A stretch of 64,000 nucleotides of DNA from a bacterium (GCA_016124905.1 WGMV01000006.1:10157-74156), one strand, 5' to 3'; counted from the first letter of the stretch, positions 48,156 to 57,147 are shown. A program made the numbers and translations. The notes: generated from the letters alone by a model not told the origin.

Positions 48156-48179
48156 ATCCTCTAACGTTTGTTAGAGGAT
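48156..48179 (-). terminator. Rho-independent terminator of the GT2 gene, with the stop codon inside the stem
   Basis: 10-bp stem ATCCTCTAAC / GTTAGAGGAT with a 4-nt loop. TTTACCTTTTAC follows on the minus strand. The TAG at 48161-48163 lies within an arm. Confidence 0.6.
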
Positions 48180-48943
48180 GTGTCACGGGCCAGTTCACGT
48201 GCTTTTGCCAGGCGGATGAACCGCGCAAACGCATACATCACGCTTTCCGTGAAGCCCGGCAGGCCAAACAACGCATAGCGCCGCAGGAAATAGGCCTTGA
48301 AAAACGCCACCCATGGCTCCGCCACCAGGCGCAGCGGGCCGGGGATGCGCCCCTTGGCCACCATGTCTTCCGCCTGCATGCTGCTGTAATAGTTGATTTT
48401 GTCAATCGCATGGCGGTGGCTGCGGAAGCACCGGTGGTACATGCAGCCCTTCAAACGCCCAGCCTGCTCGCCCGGCCCAAGCAGCACCGAATCATGCACC
48501 AGCGCATCCGCAAACCCTGCACGGCGGTGGTCATACAGCCGTACAGGGCTGTTGGAAGGCGCAAACCGGCGCGGCTTTTCATCCCCGGGAAAGACGATGC
48601 AAATGGGGATGTGATACCCCGCCAGCGGCGGTTCGCCCTGGGCAAACAGCGCCTCGATCTCCCGCTTCAGCTCCGGGCTCAAGGCTTCATCGGCATCAAT
48701 ATTCAGCAGCCATGCATTGCGGCACTGGCTTTCGGCAAAGCGCTTTTGCGGCCCGTATCCTTGCCAGGCATGGTGCATCACCTTGGCGCCCATCTTGTCG
48801 CTGATGGCGACCGTGCCGTCGTCACTGCCGGAATCCACCACGATCACCTCATCCGCCCAGCCGACGACGGAATTCAACGCATGCACAATGCGGTCTTCCT
48901 CATTTTTGGCGATGATGAATACGGATAGCGGCAGCGCGGCCAT
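48161..48943 (-). CDS. Family 2 glycosyltransferase
   Basis: LSVFIIAKNEEDRI...VVDSGSDDGT...NIDADE are GT-A/GT2 motifs (DxD). Confidence 0.8.
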   Translation of the reverse strand: MAALPLSVFIIAKNEEDRIVHALNSVVGWADEVIVVDSGSDDGTVAISDKMGAKVMHHAWQGYGPQKRFAESQCRNAWLLNIDADEALSPELKREIEALFAQGEPPLAGYHIPICIVFPGDEKPRRFAPSNSPVRLYDHRRAGFADALVHDSVLLGPGEQAGRLKGCMYHRCFRSHRHAIDKINYYSSMQAEDMVAKGRIPGPLRLVAEPWVAFFKAYFLRRYALFGLPGFTESVMYAFARFIRLAKARELARDTSSNKR

Positions 48944-49005
48944 GAAACATGCTCAACGAATAACAAAGGCTCACCATAGGTTTGGACGGCCCAAATGGCA
49001 ACCGC

Positions 49006-50277
49006 CTAGCCGCGTTTCTCGCGAATCGCCTTGTCATACACCGCAAGCGTTCTTGCCTGCATATGCGGCAGCGTGAAGTGCTGCGTCACATGTTGCCGGC
49101 CTTTCGCGCCGAAGCGCGAGCGCTGGTCCGTCGGCATGGAAATCACCGTGGAAAGCGCGGTGGCGAGCTGGTCCTCATCGCCCGGCGGCACCAGCCAGCC
49201 GGTGATGCCGTTTACCACCGTTTCCAGCACGCCACCATGCTGGGCGGCCACCACCACCTTGTTCATCGCCGCGGCTTCCACCGGCACGCGGCCGAAAGCT
49301 TCCGGCTGAATGGAGGGGCACACCACCACGTCGGCCAGCATATAGGCCGCGGGCATGTCGTTGGTGGGCTCCACAATGCGCACCATGCCGCCGAGGCCGA
49401 GCTTCATCACCAGGTCTTCAAGCCGCTGACGATAGCCGTCATGCCCGTCATCATCGCCCGCCATCACGCAGCAGAATTCCATTGCGCGCATCTGCGCCAG
49501 CGATTTGATGAGCCATTCATGGCCCTTCCATTGCGTGAAGCGCGCGGGCATGAAGATGATGGGCTTGTCGTCCGGCAGCCTCCAGGCTTCCGCCAGCGCG
49601 ATGATCCGGCTACGGGAGACCGCCTCCGGCGAAAACGAGCCGAGATCCACCCCACGCGGGATCACATGCAGATGCTCCGGCAGCCCGTCGTAATTGTCGC
49701 GGATATGGCGCATGGTGAAATCGGAAATGGCGATTACATGGTCGCCCCGCGTCATGATGCGGTTATAGGCATGCTTCATCTTGCCCTGAATGGAATAATG
49801 CCCGTGAAAGGTCGTCACAAACGGAATGCCCGCCTGCTTGGCGGCATAATAGGCGCTCCACGCCGGTGCGCGGGAACGCGCATGGATCAGGTCGATATCG
49901 TATTTGCGGATGACATGCACCAGGCGGGAGACATTCTGCCACATCACCAGCGGGTTCTTGCTCGCCACCGGCAGTTCCACATGCGTGGCGCCGTGGCGTG
50001 TCAGGCGCGAGACCAGCCCGCCGCCTTCGGATGCCACAAAGGAACGAAACCCGTTATTCTGCAATGCCTCGGAAATATCGATGGTGCCGCGCTCCACGCC
50101 GCCGCTGCGCAGTTTCGGCACCACCTGCAAAATGCCGCGTGCATTGCCTTGCGGCCACCCATCGGGCAGGGGTTCGTAGCTGGCGTAAACGGCTTGGTGA
50201 AATTGCGGGTCTGTGTTGGAAAGAGGCTGTGCTGCCTGGGTGGATTCAACAGGGTGGTCCAAGACAATCTCTTCCAT
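49006..50277 (-). CDS. Family 4 (GT-B) glycosyltransferase
   Basis: GT4-type C-terminal domain (FGRVPVEAAAMNKVVVAAQHGGVLETV). Start chosen at ATG-50277, because the track extension overlaps the palindromic element. Confidence 0.75.
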   Translation of the reverse strand: MEEIVLDHPVESTQAAQPLSNTDPQFHQAVYASYEPLPDGWPQGNARGILQVVPKLRSGGVERGTIDISEALQNNGFRSFVASEGGGLVSRLTRHGATHVELPVASKNPLVMWQNVSRLVHVIRKYDIDLIHARSRAPAWSAYYAAKQAGIPFVTTFHGHYSIQGKMKHAYNRIMTRGDHVIAISDFTMRHIRDNYDGLPEHLHVIPRGVDLGSFSPEAVSRSRIIALAEAWRLPDDKPIIFMPARFTQWKGHEWLIKSLAQMRAMEFCCVMAGDDDGHDGYRQRLEDLVMKLGLGGMVRIVEPTNDMPAAYMLADVVVCPSIQPEAFGRVPVEAAAMNKVVVAAQHGGVLETVVNGITGWLVPPGDEDQLATALSTVISMPTDQRSRFGAKGRQHVTQHFTLPHMQARTLAVYDKAIREKRG

Positions 50278-50305
50278 GGTCGCTTTTCTACAGGTAATGT
50301 CGGCT

Positions 50306-50448
50306 GGGCGCTTCGGTAAACGGATTGCGGCGAGCAAAATGCGCGGGGGGTGGGTGGCGCAACCGCAGCGTAGCAGCGCTACGTGAGGATTGCGACGGGG
50401 ACCAACCCCAAGTAAGTTTGCCGCTGGAATCTGTTTACCGAAGCGCCC
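50306..50448. repeat. 143-bp imperfect palindromic (MITE/ERIC-like) element in a divergent promoter region
   Basis: Arms are GGGCGCTTCGGTAAACGGATTGCGGCGAGCAAA (50306-50338) and GTTTGCCGCTGGAATCTGTTTACCGAAGCGCCC (50416-50448). The central hairpin is CGTAGC-AGC-GCTACG. Confidence 0.8.
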
Positions 50449-50474
50449 TGATGAGTAATGGGGTTTGAAGCATC

Positions 50475-51239
50475 ATGCAAGAAGTACAACATGTAAGCTG
50501 GAAAGAAAACGGGGCCGAACATCGCCTTGCCTTTATACGGCGCGAAGCGAAACAAGGCAGGCCCTGGCTCGTGTTTTTCAGCGGCTTTCGGTCGGACAAG
50601 GCAGGCAGCAAAGCGCTGTTTCTGGATGAATGGGCAGGGCAGGAAGGCTTAGGCCTCATCCGCTTCGATTATCGCGGCCATGGCGAATCCTCCGGCCGGT
50701 TTGAAGAGGGCACCATCGGCCAGTGGAAGGAGGATTCCATCCGCATCCTCGATGAGCTGTTGCCAAAAAACGAGAAAGCCATTCTCGTCGGCTCCAGCAT
50801 GGGCGGCTGGATGATGCTGCTCGCCGCGCTTGCCCGGCCGGAGAGAGTGAGTGCCCTCATCGGCATTGCCGCCGCGCCGGATTTTACGGAAGACCTGCTT
50901 GCCAAAGCCTTCACCTCCGCCCAGCAGCAGGAAATGCGGCAAACGGGCAGAGTGATGATACCCGATTGCTACGGCACGGAGCCCTATGCCATTACGCAAA
51001 CCTTGCTGACGGAGGGTCAAAGTCACCTCCTGCTGCGCGATGCCATCCCACTCACCATGCCCGTGCGTCTGCTGCACGGCATGCGGGATGAGGATGTGCC
51101 GTACCTCACCTCCATCCGCCTCGCGGAAAAACTTCAAAGCACGGATGTGTGTGTGGAGTTCCTGAAGTCAGGCGATCACCGCATGAGCAGCCCGGAAGCG
51201 CTGAACGCGCTCAAGCGCATCATCCAGCCATTGCTGTAA
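50475..51239 (+). CDS. Alpha/beta-fold hydrolase
   Basis: 254 aa. Nucleophile elbow GSSMGG. HG-type oxyanion region (LVFFSGFRSD). Confidence 0.6.
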   Translation: MQEVQHVSWKENGAEHRLAFIRREAKQGRPWLVFFSGFRSDKAGSKALFLDEWAGQEGLGLIRFDYRGHGESSGRFEEGTIGQWKEDSIRILDELLPKNEKAILVGSSMGGWMMLLAALARPERVSALIGIAAAPDFTEDLLAKAFTSAQQQEMRQTGRVMIPDCYGTEPYAITQTLLTEGQSHLLLRDAIPLTMPVRLLHGMRDEDVPYLTSIRLAEKLQSTDVCVEFLKSGDHRMSSPEALNALKRIIQPLL

Positions 51240-51247
51240 GAGAGGGG

Positions 51248-52123
51248 TTAGGCCGCCACCGCGTATTCCGCTTCCACCACCGTGCCGTTACCCATGCGCA
51301 TCAGTGGGCGGAAGCCAAGCCCGGCATCGCCGTAGGAAAGCAGCAGCTCGCGATACTCATCCATATCGAACAGGCGCAGCCCCTTTGCCTCAAATGCGTC
51401 CACTTCCTCGGCCGTCGGGGCGGAGTAGTAATGCGCCTTGCCCGCATAGGGGATGGCTTCGGGCATATCGTCCTCGTCCAGCCGCTCCAGCAGATCGGCC
51501 GCCATGTTGCGCGCCAGCGGGTAGAGCTTCAGCACGTGCCACATCATCGAGCGATGTTTCGCCACACGCAGCTTGCGCTCGTCCACCAGCTCGCCCACAT
51601 CGATGGAGGCATCCGTCACTTTGTGCAGGGTGATGCCGATATCCTTGTCGCCATTCATCATGGCGCGGAAGGTGGGCATCACGCCGCGATATTGCGGCAG
51701 CAGGCCGGAATGGAAATTCCACACGCCCTGTTTGGCGGTGGCGATGTGCGGCTCGCGGAAGATGCAGGCGAAGCGGGCGGAAAGGATCACATCCGGCTCA
51801 AAATCGGCGAACACGTCCACGCTGCTGTCATCCTTCAGGCTTTCCACATGTTCCATCTCGCAGCCGTAGAATTCGCTCAGCTGGTTGAAGGTGAGGTATT
51901 CGCCCTCGTCGTGGTTGCGCTCAAGCAGGGGAAATAAACGCTGGATCGGTTGGCTCTGCTCCAGCTCATGCAATTGTTGCATGGCCGGGTGGATGTCGCT
52001 TTTGGGCAACATGGCCTTGCGCGAAAGCACCATCTTCACTTCGTGCTTTCTCAAAATCGGCAGAAAAAGGTTGGCTGCGACGTTACCGACAATGTCTTCA
52101 TTGGTGCAGAATATAACGCGCAT
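51248..52123 (-). CDS. Formyltransferase-domain protein
   Basis: HSGLLPQYRGVMP fits the HxSLLPxxRG formyltransferase motif, and the N-terminus is MRVIFCTNEDIVG. GGGGAG lies 8 nt upstream of ATG-52123. Confidence 0.55.
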   Translation of the reverse strand: MRVIFCTNEDIVGNVAANLFLPILRKHEVKMVLSRKAMLPKSDIHPAMQQLHELEQSQPIQRLFPLLERNHDEGEYLTFNQLSEFYGCEMEHVESLKDDSSVDVFADFEPDVILSARFACIFREPHIATAKQGVWNFHSGLLPQYRGVMPTFRAMMNGDKDIGITLHKVTDASIDVGELVDERKLRVAKHRSMMWHVLKLYPLARNMAADLLERLDEDDMPEAIPYAGKAHYYSAPTAEEVDAFEAKGLRLFDMDEYRELLLSYGDAGLGFRPLMRMGNGTVVEAEYAVAA

Positions 52124-52147
52124 GTGCCATCTCCCCAATCACGCAGC

Positions 52148-52309
52148 CTGTGGATAAAATACATAAGCGATTGTCAGCAAAAAGCCAAGACGCAAACATG
52201 TGTCGTTTAGCGAAAGCCACGCGATGTTGCTAAAATACAACAGGTGATTTTTAAGGAGCACAATAATAATCTAAGCCGCTGTAAAAAATACATAAGCATT
52301 GTTGCAAAA
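52148..52309. repeat. Pair of ~30-nt AT-rich direct repeats upstream of the formyltransferase gene
   Basis: The copies are CTGTGGATAAAATACATAAGCGATTGTCAGCAAAA (52148-52182) and CTGTAAAAAATACATAAGCATTGTTGCAAAA (52279-52309). Confidence 0.7.
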
Positions 52310-52330
52310 TGTCACAGCCCTTTGAAACAA

Positions 52331-52360
52331 GGCAAGAAAAAGGGGGCAAAACCGCCCCCT
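52331..52360 (-). terminator. Rho-independent terminator downstream of pepA and the D repeat units
   Basis: Minus strand reads AGGGGGC-GGTTTT-GCCCCCT followed by TTTTTCTTGCC. Confidence 0.7.
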
Positions 52361-52389
52361 CAAGTATCATTATTCATAACAGTAACCCC

Positions 52390-52549
52390 GGAGCGCAGCG
52401 ACTGGCCCATTGAGGGCCCGGCCCTAATGGGCGCGTAAAGCGAGCGGCGCGAGCCAGTAACAGGTTTGCGCAGCGACTGGCCCCCATGCTTTTACTGAGA
52501 GGGCCCGCGCCCTAATGGGCGCGTAAAGCGAGCGGCGCGAGCCAGTAAC
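52390..52549. repeat. Two tandem units of the two-hairpin repeat family (units D1, D2), abutting the pepA stop
   Basis: D1 is 52390-52461 and D2 is 52467-52549. Each has GCGCAGCGACTG, hairpin 1 GGCCC-loop-GGGCC (loop ATTGA in D1, a 17-nt loop in D2), hairpin 2 ending TAAT-GGGCGCG, then GTAAAGCGAGCGGCGCGAGCCAGTAAC. Confidence 0.85.
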
Positions 52550-52551
52550 GG

Positions 52552-54054
52552 TTATTTCCCTTCGTAGAAATGCTCCACGAGGTGATCGAGCAGCCGCACG
52601 CCGAAGGCCGTGCCGCCTTTCGGGCAGATGGACTTGTCTTTCTTCGTCCAGGCCGTGCCTGCGATGTCCAGGTGCGCCCAGGGCACATCATTGACGAAGC
52701 GCTGTAAAAACTGCGCCGCCGTGATGGAACCCGCCCCGCTGCCATCGCCCACATTCTTCACATCGGCGATGTCGCAATTGATCTTCTCGTCATATTCCTT
52801 GCCGAGCGGCAGGCGCCACAGTGGCTCGCCCACGGCGATGCCGGACTCGGTCAAGCGGGTGGAAAGCACGTCGTTATTGGAGAACAGCCCAGCATGCACA
52901 TCGGCCAGCGCCACGATGATGGCGCCTGTCAAGGTGGCCAGGTTCACCATGAATTTGGGCTTGAAACGGTCCTGCGTGTACCACAGCGCATCGGCCAGCA
53001 CCAGGCGGCCTTCGGCATCGGTATTGATTACCTCGATCGTCTGGCCGGACATGGAGGTCACCACATCCCCCGGGCGCTGGGCGTTGCCGTCGGGCATGTT
53101 TTCCACCACGCCCGCCACGCACACCACATTTACCTTGGCCTTGCGGGTGGCCAGCGTTTTCATCAGGCCCGTCACCACACCGGCGCCGGCCATGTCCCAT
53201 TTCATCTCTTCCATATTGGCAGCGGGCTTGATGGAAATGCCGCCCGTGTCGAAGCACACGCCCTTGCCGATGAAGGCCACCGGCGCGTCGTTCTTCTTGC
53301 CGCCGTTCCATTGCATGACGATGAGCTTGGATTCCTTGTCGCTGCCCTGGCCCACGCCGAGCAGGGCATTCATGCCGAGCTTCTTCATTTCTTTCTCGCC
53401 CAGCACTTCCACTTCCACGCCGAGCGCGGCAAGTTCCTTGCAATAGGCGGGGAAACTGTCTGGATGCACGATATTGGCGGGCTCACTCACCAGGTCGCGC
53501 GTAAGGAACACGCCCTCGATCACGGCTTCCAGGCGCTCATACTGACGGCCCGCTTCGTTCTTGTCGGCGGCCATGATGGTGAGTTTCTTCAGCGTCGGTT
53601 TTTTCTCTTCCGGCTCCTTGGTGCGGTATTTATCGAAACGGTAGCTGCGCAGCTGCGCGCCATAGGCCACTTCCGCCGCCAGGTCATGGTCCGACACCAG
53701 CAGCTTGTTGCCGCACAGCGCCACGGCGGCTTCTTTCACGCGCTGGCCGTTGAGGAAGGCCACCAGGTCGCCGCCAAGGTTTTGCGCATCCAGCGGTTCG
53801 AACTTATCCATCGAGCCCAGCCCGGCCACGATCACGCGTTCCCAGCCATGCGGCATCACGGCATGAAAGAATTTGCCTTTCTTGCCTTTAAACTCAGCCG
53901 TCTTCAACGCACGGCTCAAAAACCCCTTGGTGCCTTCGTCCACCGCTTTGGCCTGCTTGGTTAGCGTGCCGTCCTCGAACACGCCCACCACCAGCACATC
54001 GGCCTTGTGGACATCTTCATTGATAAAGGGGGTTTTGATGTATTCATGCGCCAT
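52552..54054 (-). CDS. pepA: Leucyl aminopeptidase PepA (M17)
   Basis: 500 aa from ATG-54054 (MAHEYIKTPF...). Motifs are GKGVCFDTGGISIKP and NTDAEGRLVLADAL. The track start at 54180 is probably too far upstream. Confidence 0.88.
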   Translation of the reverse strand: MAHEYIKTPFINEDVHKADVLVVGVFEDGTLTKQAKAVDEGTKGFLSRALKTAEFKGKKGKFFHAVMPHGWERVIVAGLGSMDKFEPLDAQNLGGDLVAFLNGQRVKEAAVALCGNKLLVSDHDLAAEVAYGAQLRSYRFDKYRTKEPEEKKPTLKKLTIMAADKNEAGRQYERLEAVIEGVFLTRDLVSEPANIVHPDSFPAYCKELAALGVEVEVLGEKEMKKLGMNALLGVGQGSDKESKLIVMQWNGGKKNDAPVAFIGKGVCFDTGGISIKPAANMEEMKWDMAGAGVVTGLMKTLATRKAKVNVVCVAGVVENMPDGNAQRPGDVVTSMSGQTIEVINTDAEGRLVLADALWYTQDRFKPKFMVNLATLTGAIIVALADVHAGLFSNNDVLSTRLTESGIAVGEPLWRLPLGKEYDEKINCDIADVKNVGDGSGAGSITAAQFLQRFVNDVPWAHLDIAGTAWTKKDKSICPKGGTAFGVRLLDHLVEHFYEGK

Positions 54055-54156
54055 GGTGTGTCTCCTTGCCGGGCATCGTTTGTATTTGGCTATCAGTGCC
54101 CAAGGTGATAATGAGCAACCACTGAATAATTGATTAAAACGTGCGGGGTGACAAGC

Positions 54157-55167
54157 ATGAAACTGGCAAGCCTCAAACATGGCCGCGATGGCAGGCTCAT
54201 TATCGTGAGCGACGACCTGAAAAACGCCCTATCGGCCGAAAGCATCTGCGCCACCTTGCAACAGGCGCTGGATGATTGGGAAAAAACCGCGCCCCAACTT
54301 CAAAAATTAAGTGACGAGCTCAACGCAGGCAAAGGGCAGGGCGCCTTTGCGCTGGATACCGCCAAACTCGCAGCACCGCTTCCGCGCGCCTACCAGTGGG
54401 TGGACGGCTCCGCCTACGTCAATCACGTGGAGCTCGTCCGCAAGGCGCGGGGCGCGGAAATGCCACCAAGCTTCTGGACCGACCCGCTCATGTATCAGGG
54501 CTGCTCTGATAGCTTTCTCGGCCCGCAGGACCCTATCGACATGGCCAGCGACGAATGGGGCATCGACCTGGAAGCCGAGATCGCCGTCATCACCGGCGAC
54601 GTGCCGATGGGCACCACACCTGAAGAAGCAGGGAAATACATCCGCCTCATTCTGCTGGTGAACGATGTCAGCCTGCGCAATCTCATCCCGAACGAACTCG
54701 CCAAGGGCTTCGGCTTTTTTCAGAGCAAACCTGCCTCCAGCTTCTCCCCCGTAGCGGTGACGCCCGAAAGCCTGGGCGATGCATGGGATGGCGGCAAGCT
54801 GCATCTGCCGCTCGTCTCCCACATCAACGGCAAGCTCTTCGGCAAGCCCGATGCCGGGGTGGACATGACCTTCGATTTCCCGACCCTCATCGCCCATGCT
54901 GCCAAAACCCGCCACCTTGCCGCAGGCACCATCGTGGGTTCCGGCACCGTCTCCAACGTGGATCGTTCCAGCGGCTCTTCCTGCCTGGCCGAAAAGCGCA
55001 TGCTAGAAATCATCGATCAGGGCAAACCCTCCACGCCTTTCCTCACCTTCGGCGATCAGGTGCGCATCGAGATGTTCGATGACAAGGGCCGGTCGATTTT
55101 CGGTGCCATTGATCAGAAAGTCAGGCAATATCAAAAGGAAAAATACATCTCCGGAAAGGCGGCCTAG
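54157..55167 (+). CDS. Fumarylacetoacetate hydrolase (FAH)-family protein
   Basis: 336 aa from ATG-54157 (MKLASLKHGRDGRLIIV...). The FAH-fold C-terminal region is DLEAEIAVITGD...GTIVGSGTVSN. maiA is adjacent. Confidence 0.75.
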   Translation: MKLASLKHGRDGRLIIVSDDLKNALSAESICATLQQALDDWEKTAPQLQKLSDELNAGKGQGAFALDTAKLAAPLPRAYQWVDGSAYVNHVELVRKARGAEMPPSFWTDPLMYQGCSDSFLGPQDPIDMASDEWGIDLEAEIAVITGDVPMGTTPEEAGKYIRLILLVNDVSLRNLIPNELAKGFGFFQSKPASSFSPVAVTPESLGDAWDGGKLHLPLVSHINGKLFGKPDAGVDMTFDFPTLIAHAAKTRHLAAGTIVGSGTVSNVDRSSGSSCLAEKRMLEIIDQGKPSTPFLTFGDQVRIEMFDDKGRSIFGAIDQKVRQYQKEKYISGKAA

Positions 55168-55170
55168 CCC

Positions 55171-55821
55171 ATGATGCAGCTCTATTCCTACTGGCGTTCC
55201 TCCGCAAGCTACCGCGTGCGCATCGCCCTTGCGCTGAAAGGCCTCACCATTGAGCAATTGCCGGTGAACCTGGCCCAGGGGGTGCAGAACGGCAAGGCCT
55301 TCAAGGGCGTCAACCCGCAGGGTTTTGTTCCGGCGCTTCAGCTCGATAGCGGCCAGATCATCGGCCAGTCGCTCGCCATCATCGACTATCTGGAAGAGAC
55401 CTATCCCACCCCACATCTGCTGCCCGCCGCGCAGGAGCACCGGGCCTATGTGCGCCAGCTTGCCAACCTCGTCTGCTCCGATATTCACCCTTTAAATAAT
55501 TTACGTGTTCTCAATTATTTGAAAGACAATCTTAAAGTAACAGAAGAGCAGAAAAAGGCCTGGATCGCCCACTGGATCCAAAGCGGGTTCGAGGCTATGG
55601 AAACCCTCATCGAGCATTCCGGCCTGGCGGGCGAATGCTGCCACGGCAACCAGCCGAGCCTGGCGGATGTCTGCCTGATTCCGCAAATCTACAATGCCCG
55701 CCGTTTCGGCGTATCGCTGGATGCATACCCGACGCTTCAGCGTATCGAGAAATATTGCCTGGCATTGCCGCCCTTCATGGTCGCCCATCCGGACAGCCAG
55801 AAGGATGCGGTTGCCGCATAG
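55171..55821 (+). CDS. maiA: Maleylacetoacetate isomerase (GST zeta)
   Basis: LYSYWRSSASYRVRIALALKGL is the zeta-class signature. 216 aa. Confidence 0.8.
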   Translation: MMQLYSYWRSSASYRVRIALALKGLTIEQLPVNLAQGVQNGKAFKGVNPQGFVPALQLDSGQIIGQSLAIIDYLEETYPTPHLLPAAQEHRAYVRQLANLVCSDIHPLNNLRVLNYLKDNLKVTEEQKKAWIAHWIQSGFEAMETLIEHSGLAGECCHGNQPSLADVCLIPQIYNARRFGVSLDAYPTLQRIEKYCLALPPFMVAHPDSQKDAVAA

Positions 55822-55832
55822 CGGAGACGGAC

Positions 55833-56678
55833 ATGCCGATACTGAAAAACAGCCCCGCCCTCTGGAAAACCCATTTTCCCTGGCCGCGTGACGATGCGCA
55901 TAAATACAGCCGCGGCACCCTGTTCATCATGGCCGGAAAAGGCGCCGCCGGCGCGCCATTGCTGGCTGCCGAGGCCGCCATGCGCGCCGCCGCCGGTTAT
56001 GTCATGCTCGCCTGCCCGAAACAGCATCACGCCATGATGGCCGCCATGGGCCCGCGCGCCCTTGTGTATGCGCCATACGAAGCACCCGCCGAATGGCAGG
56101 AGGCGCTTTCCTCGCGTCCCTTCACGGCCTTGCTCATCGGCCCCGGCAACGGCGTGTCCGACCATACGAAAACCCAGCTTCGCACGCTGATGGAGCAGGG
56201 GCTGCCGATGGTGGTGGATGCCGACGGCCTGACATGCCTTGCCGGGCAGGCCGGCATGATGAAAGACGTTGCCCACGCCCCGCTGGTGCTCACCCCGCAT
56301 GAAGGCGAATTCGCCCGTCTCTTCAAGGATATCAGCGGCGACCGTCCGCACCGAGCCATGGCCGCCGCCAAGGCTTCCGGCGCGGTGGTGGTGCTGAAAG
56401 GGCCGGATACGCTCATTGCTTCGCCGAGCGGCGAATTGGCCGTGCAGGAGCATGCCCCCGCCTGGCTTGCGACCGCCGGCAGCGGCGATGTGCTGGTCGG
56501 CATCATCGCGGGTTTGCTTTCCACCATGCCCGCCAGCGGCATCTCCGCCTTTCATGCCGCCTGCGCGGGCGTCTGGCTGCACAGCGAGGCCGCGCGCCTG
56601 CACGGCCCGGGCTTGATTGCCGACGATCTGCCACCCATATTACCCGATGTGCTCGCCTATCTTCAGGAGGAAGCGTAA
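55833..56678 (+). CDS. nnrD: ADP-dependent NAD(P)H-hydrate dehydratase (stand-alone YjeF C-terminal domain)
   Basis: From ATG-55833: [13 protein letters not shown]...VLTPHEGEF...[16 protein letters not shown]. The track start at 55635 overlaps maiA. Confidence 0.75.
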   Translation: MPILKNSPALWKTHFPWPRDDAHKYSRGTLFIMAGKGAAGAPLLAAEAAMRAAAGYVMLACPKQHHAMMAAMGPRALVYAPYEAPAEWQEALSSRPFTALLIGPGNGVSDHTKTQLRTLMEQGLPMVVDADGLTCLAGQAGMMKDVAHAPLVLTPHEGEFARLFKDISGDRPHRAMAAAKASGAVVVLKGPDTLIASPSGELAVQEHAPAWLATAGSGDVLVGIIAGLLSTMPASGISAFHAACAGVWLHSEAARLHGPGLIADDLPPILPDVLAYLQEEA

Positions 56679-57052
56679 TGTCGAAATCAGCGAAAAAACC
56701 CCTCTCGCCCGAGGCCCAATATGTCTGCCACCAGGGCGGAACCGAAGCCCCCTTTAGCGGCAAATACAACCACCACAAGGATACCGGCACCTACCATTGC
56801 CTCTGCTGCGACGCACCGCTTTTCTCATCGGAACATAAATACGATTCCGGCTCCGGCTGGCCGAGTTTCTGGCAACCCGTCAACGACAAAGCCATCCGCT
56901 ACATCGAAGATACCAGCCACGGCATGAAACGCGTCGAAACCCGCTGTGCCGCCTGCGATGCCCATCTCGGCCACGTCTTCCCCGACGGCCCGCAACCTAC
57001 CGGCGCGCGCTTCTGCATCAATTCCGTCTCGCTGGATTTTGAGAAAAACTAA
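56678..57052 (+). CDS. msrB: Peptide-methionine (R)-S-oxide reductase MsrB
   Basis: CLCCDAPLF...GWPSF...[12 protein letters not shown]...RFCINS: two CxxC zinc motifs plus the catalytic Cys. Confidence 0.9.
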   Translation: MSKSAKKPLSPEAQYVCHQGGTEAPFSGKYNHHKDTGTYHCLCCDAPLFSSEHKYDSGSGWPSFWQPVNDKAIRYIEDTSHGMKRVETRCAACDAHLGHVFPDGPQPTGARFCINSVSLDFEKN

Positions 57053-57147
57053 CCATTATCGTCATCCTCGGGGCCGCGAAGCGGCAACCGGGGATCTATC
57101 GTGCCGCCATGTATGGATTCTCGGTTCACGCTTCGCGTGAATGACCA
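57053..57147. repeat. Composite alphaproteobacterial REP-like element between convergent msrB and purQ
   Basis: GTCATCCTCGGGGCCGCGAAGCGGCAACCGGGGATC forms a nested hairpin (57064-57095). A second hairpin is TTCACGC-TTC-GCGTGAA (57125-57141). The element fills the whole spacer. Confidence 0.75.
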
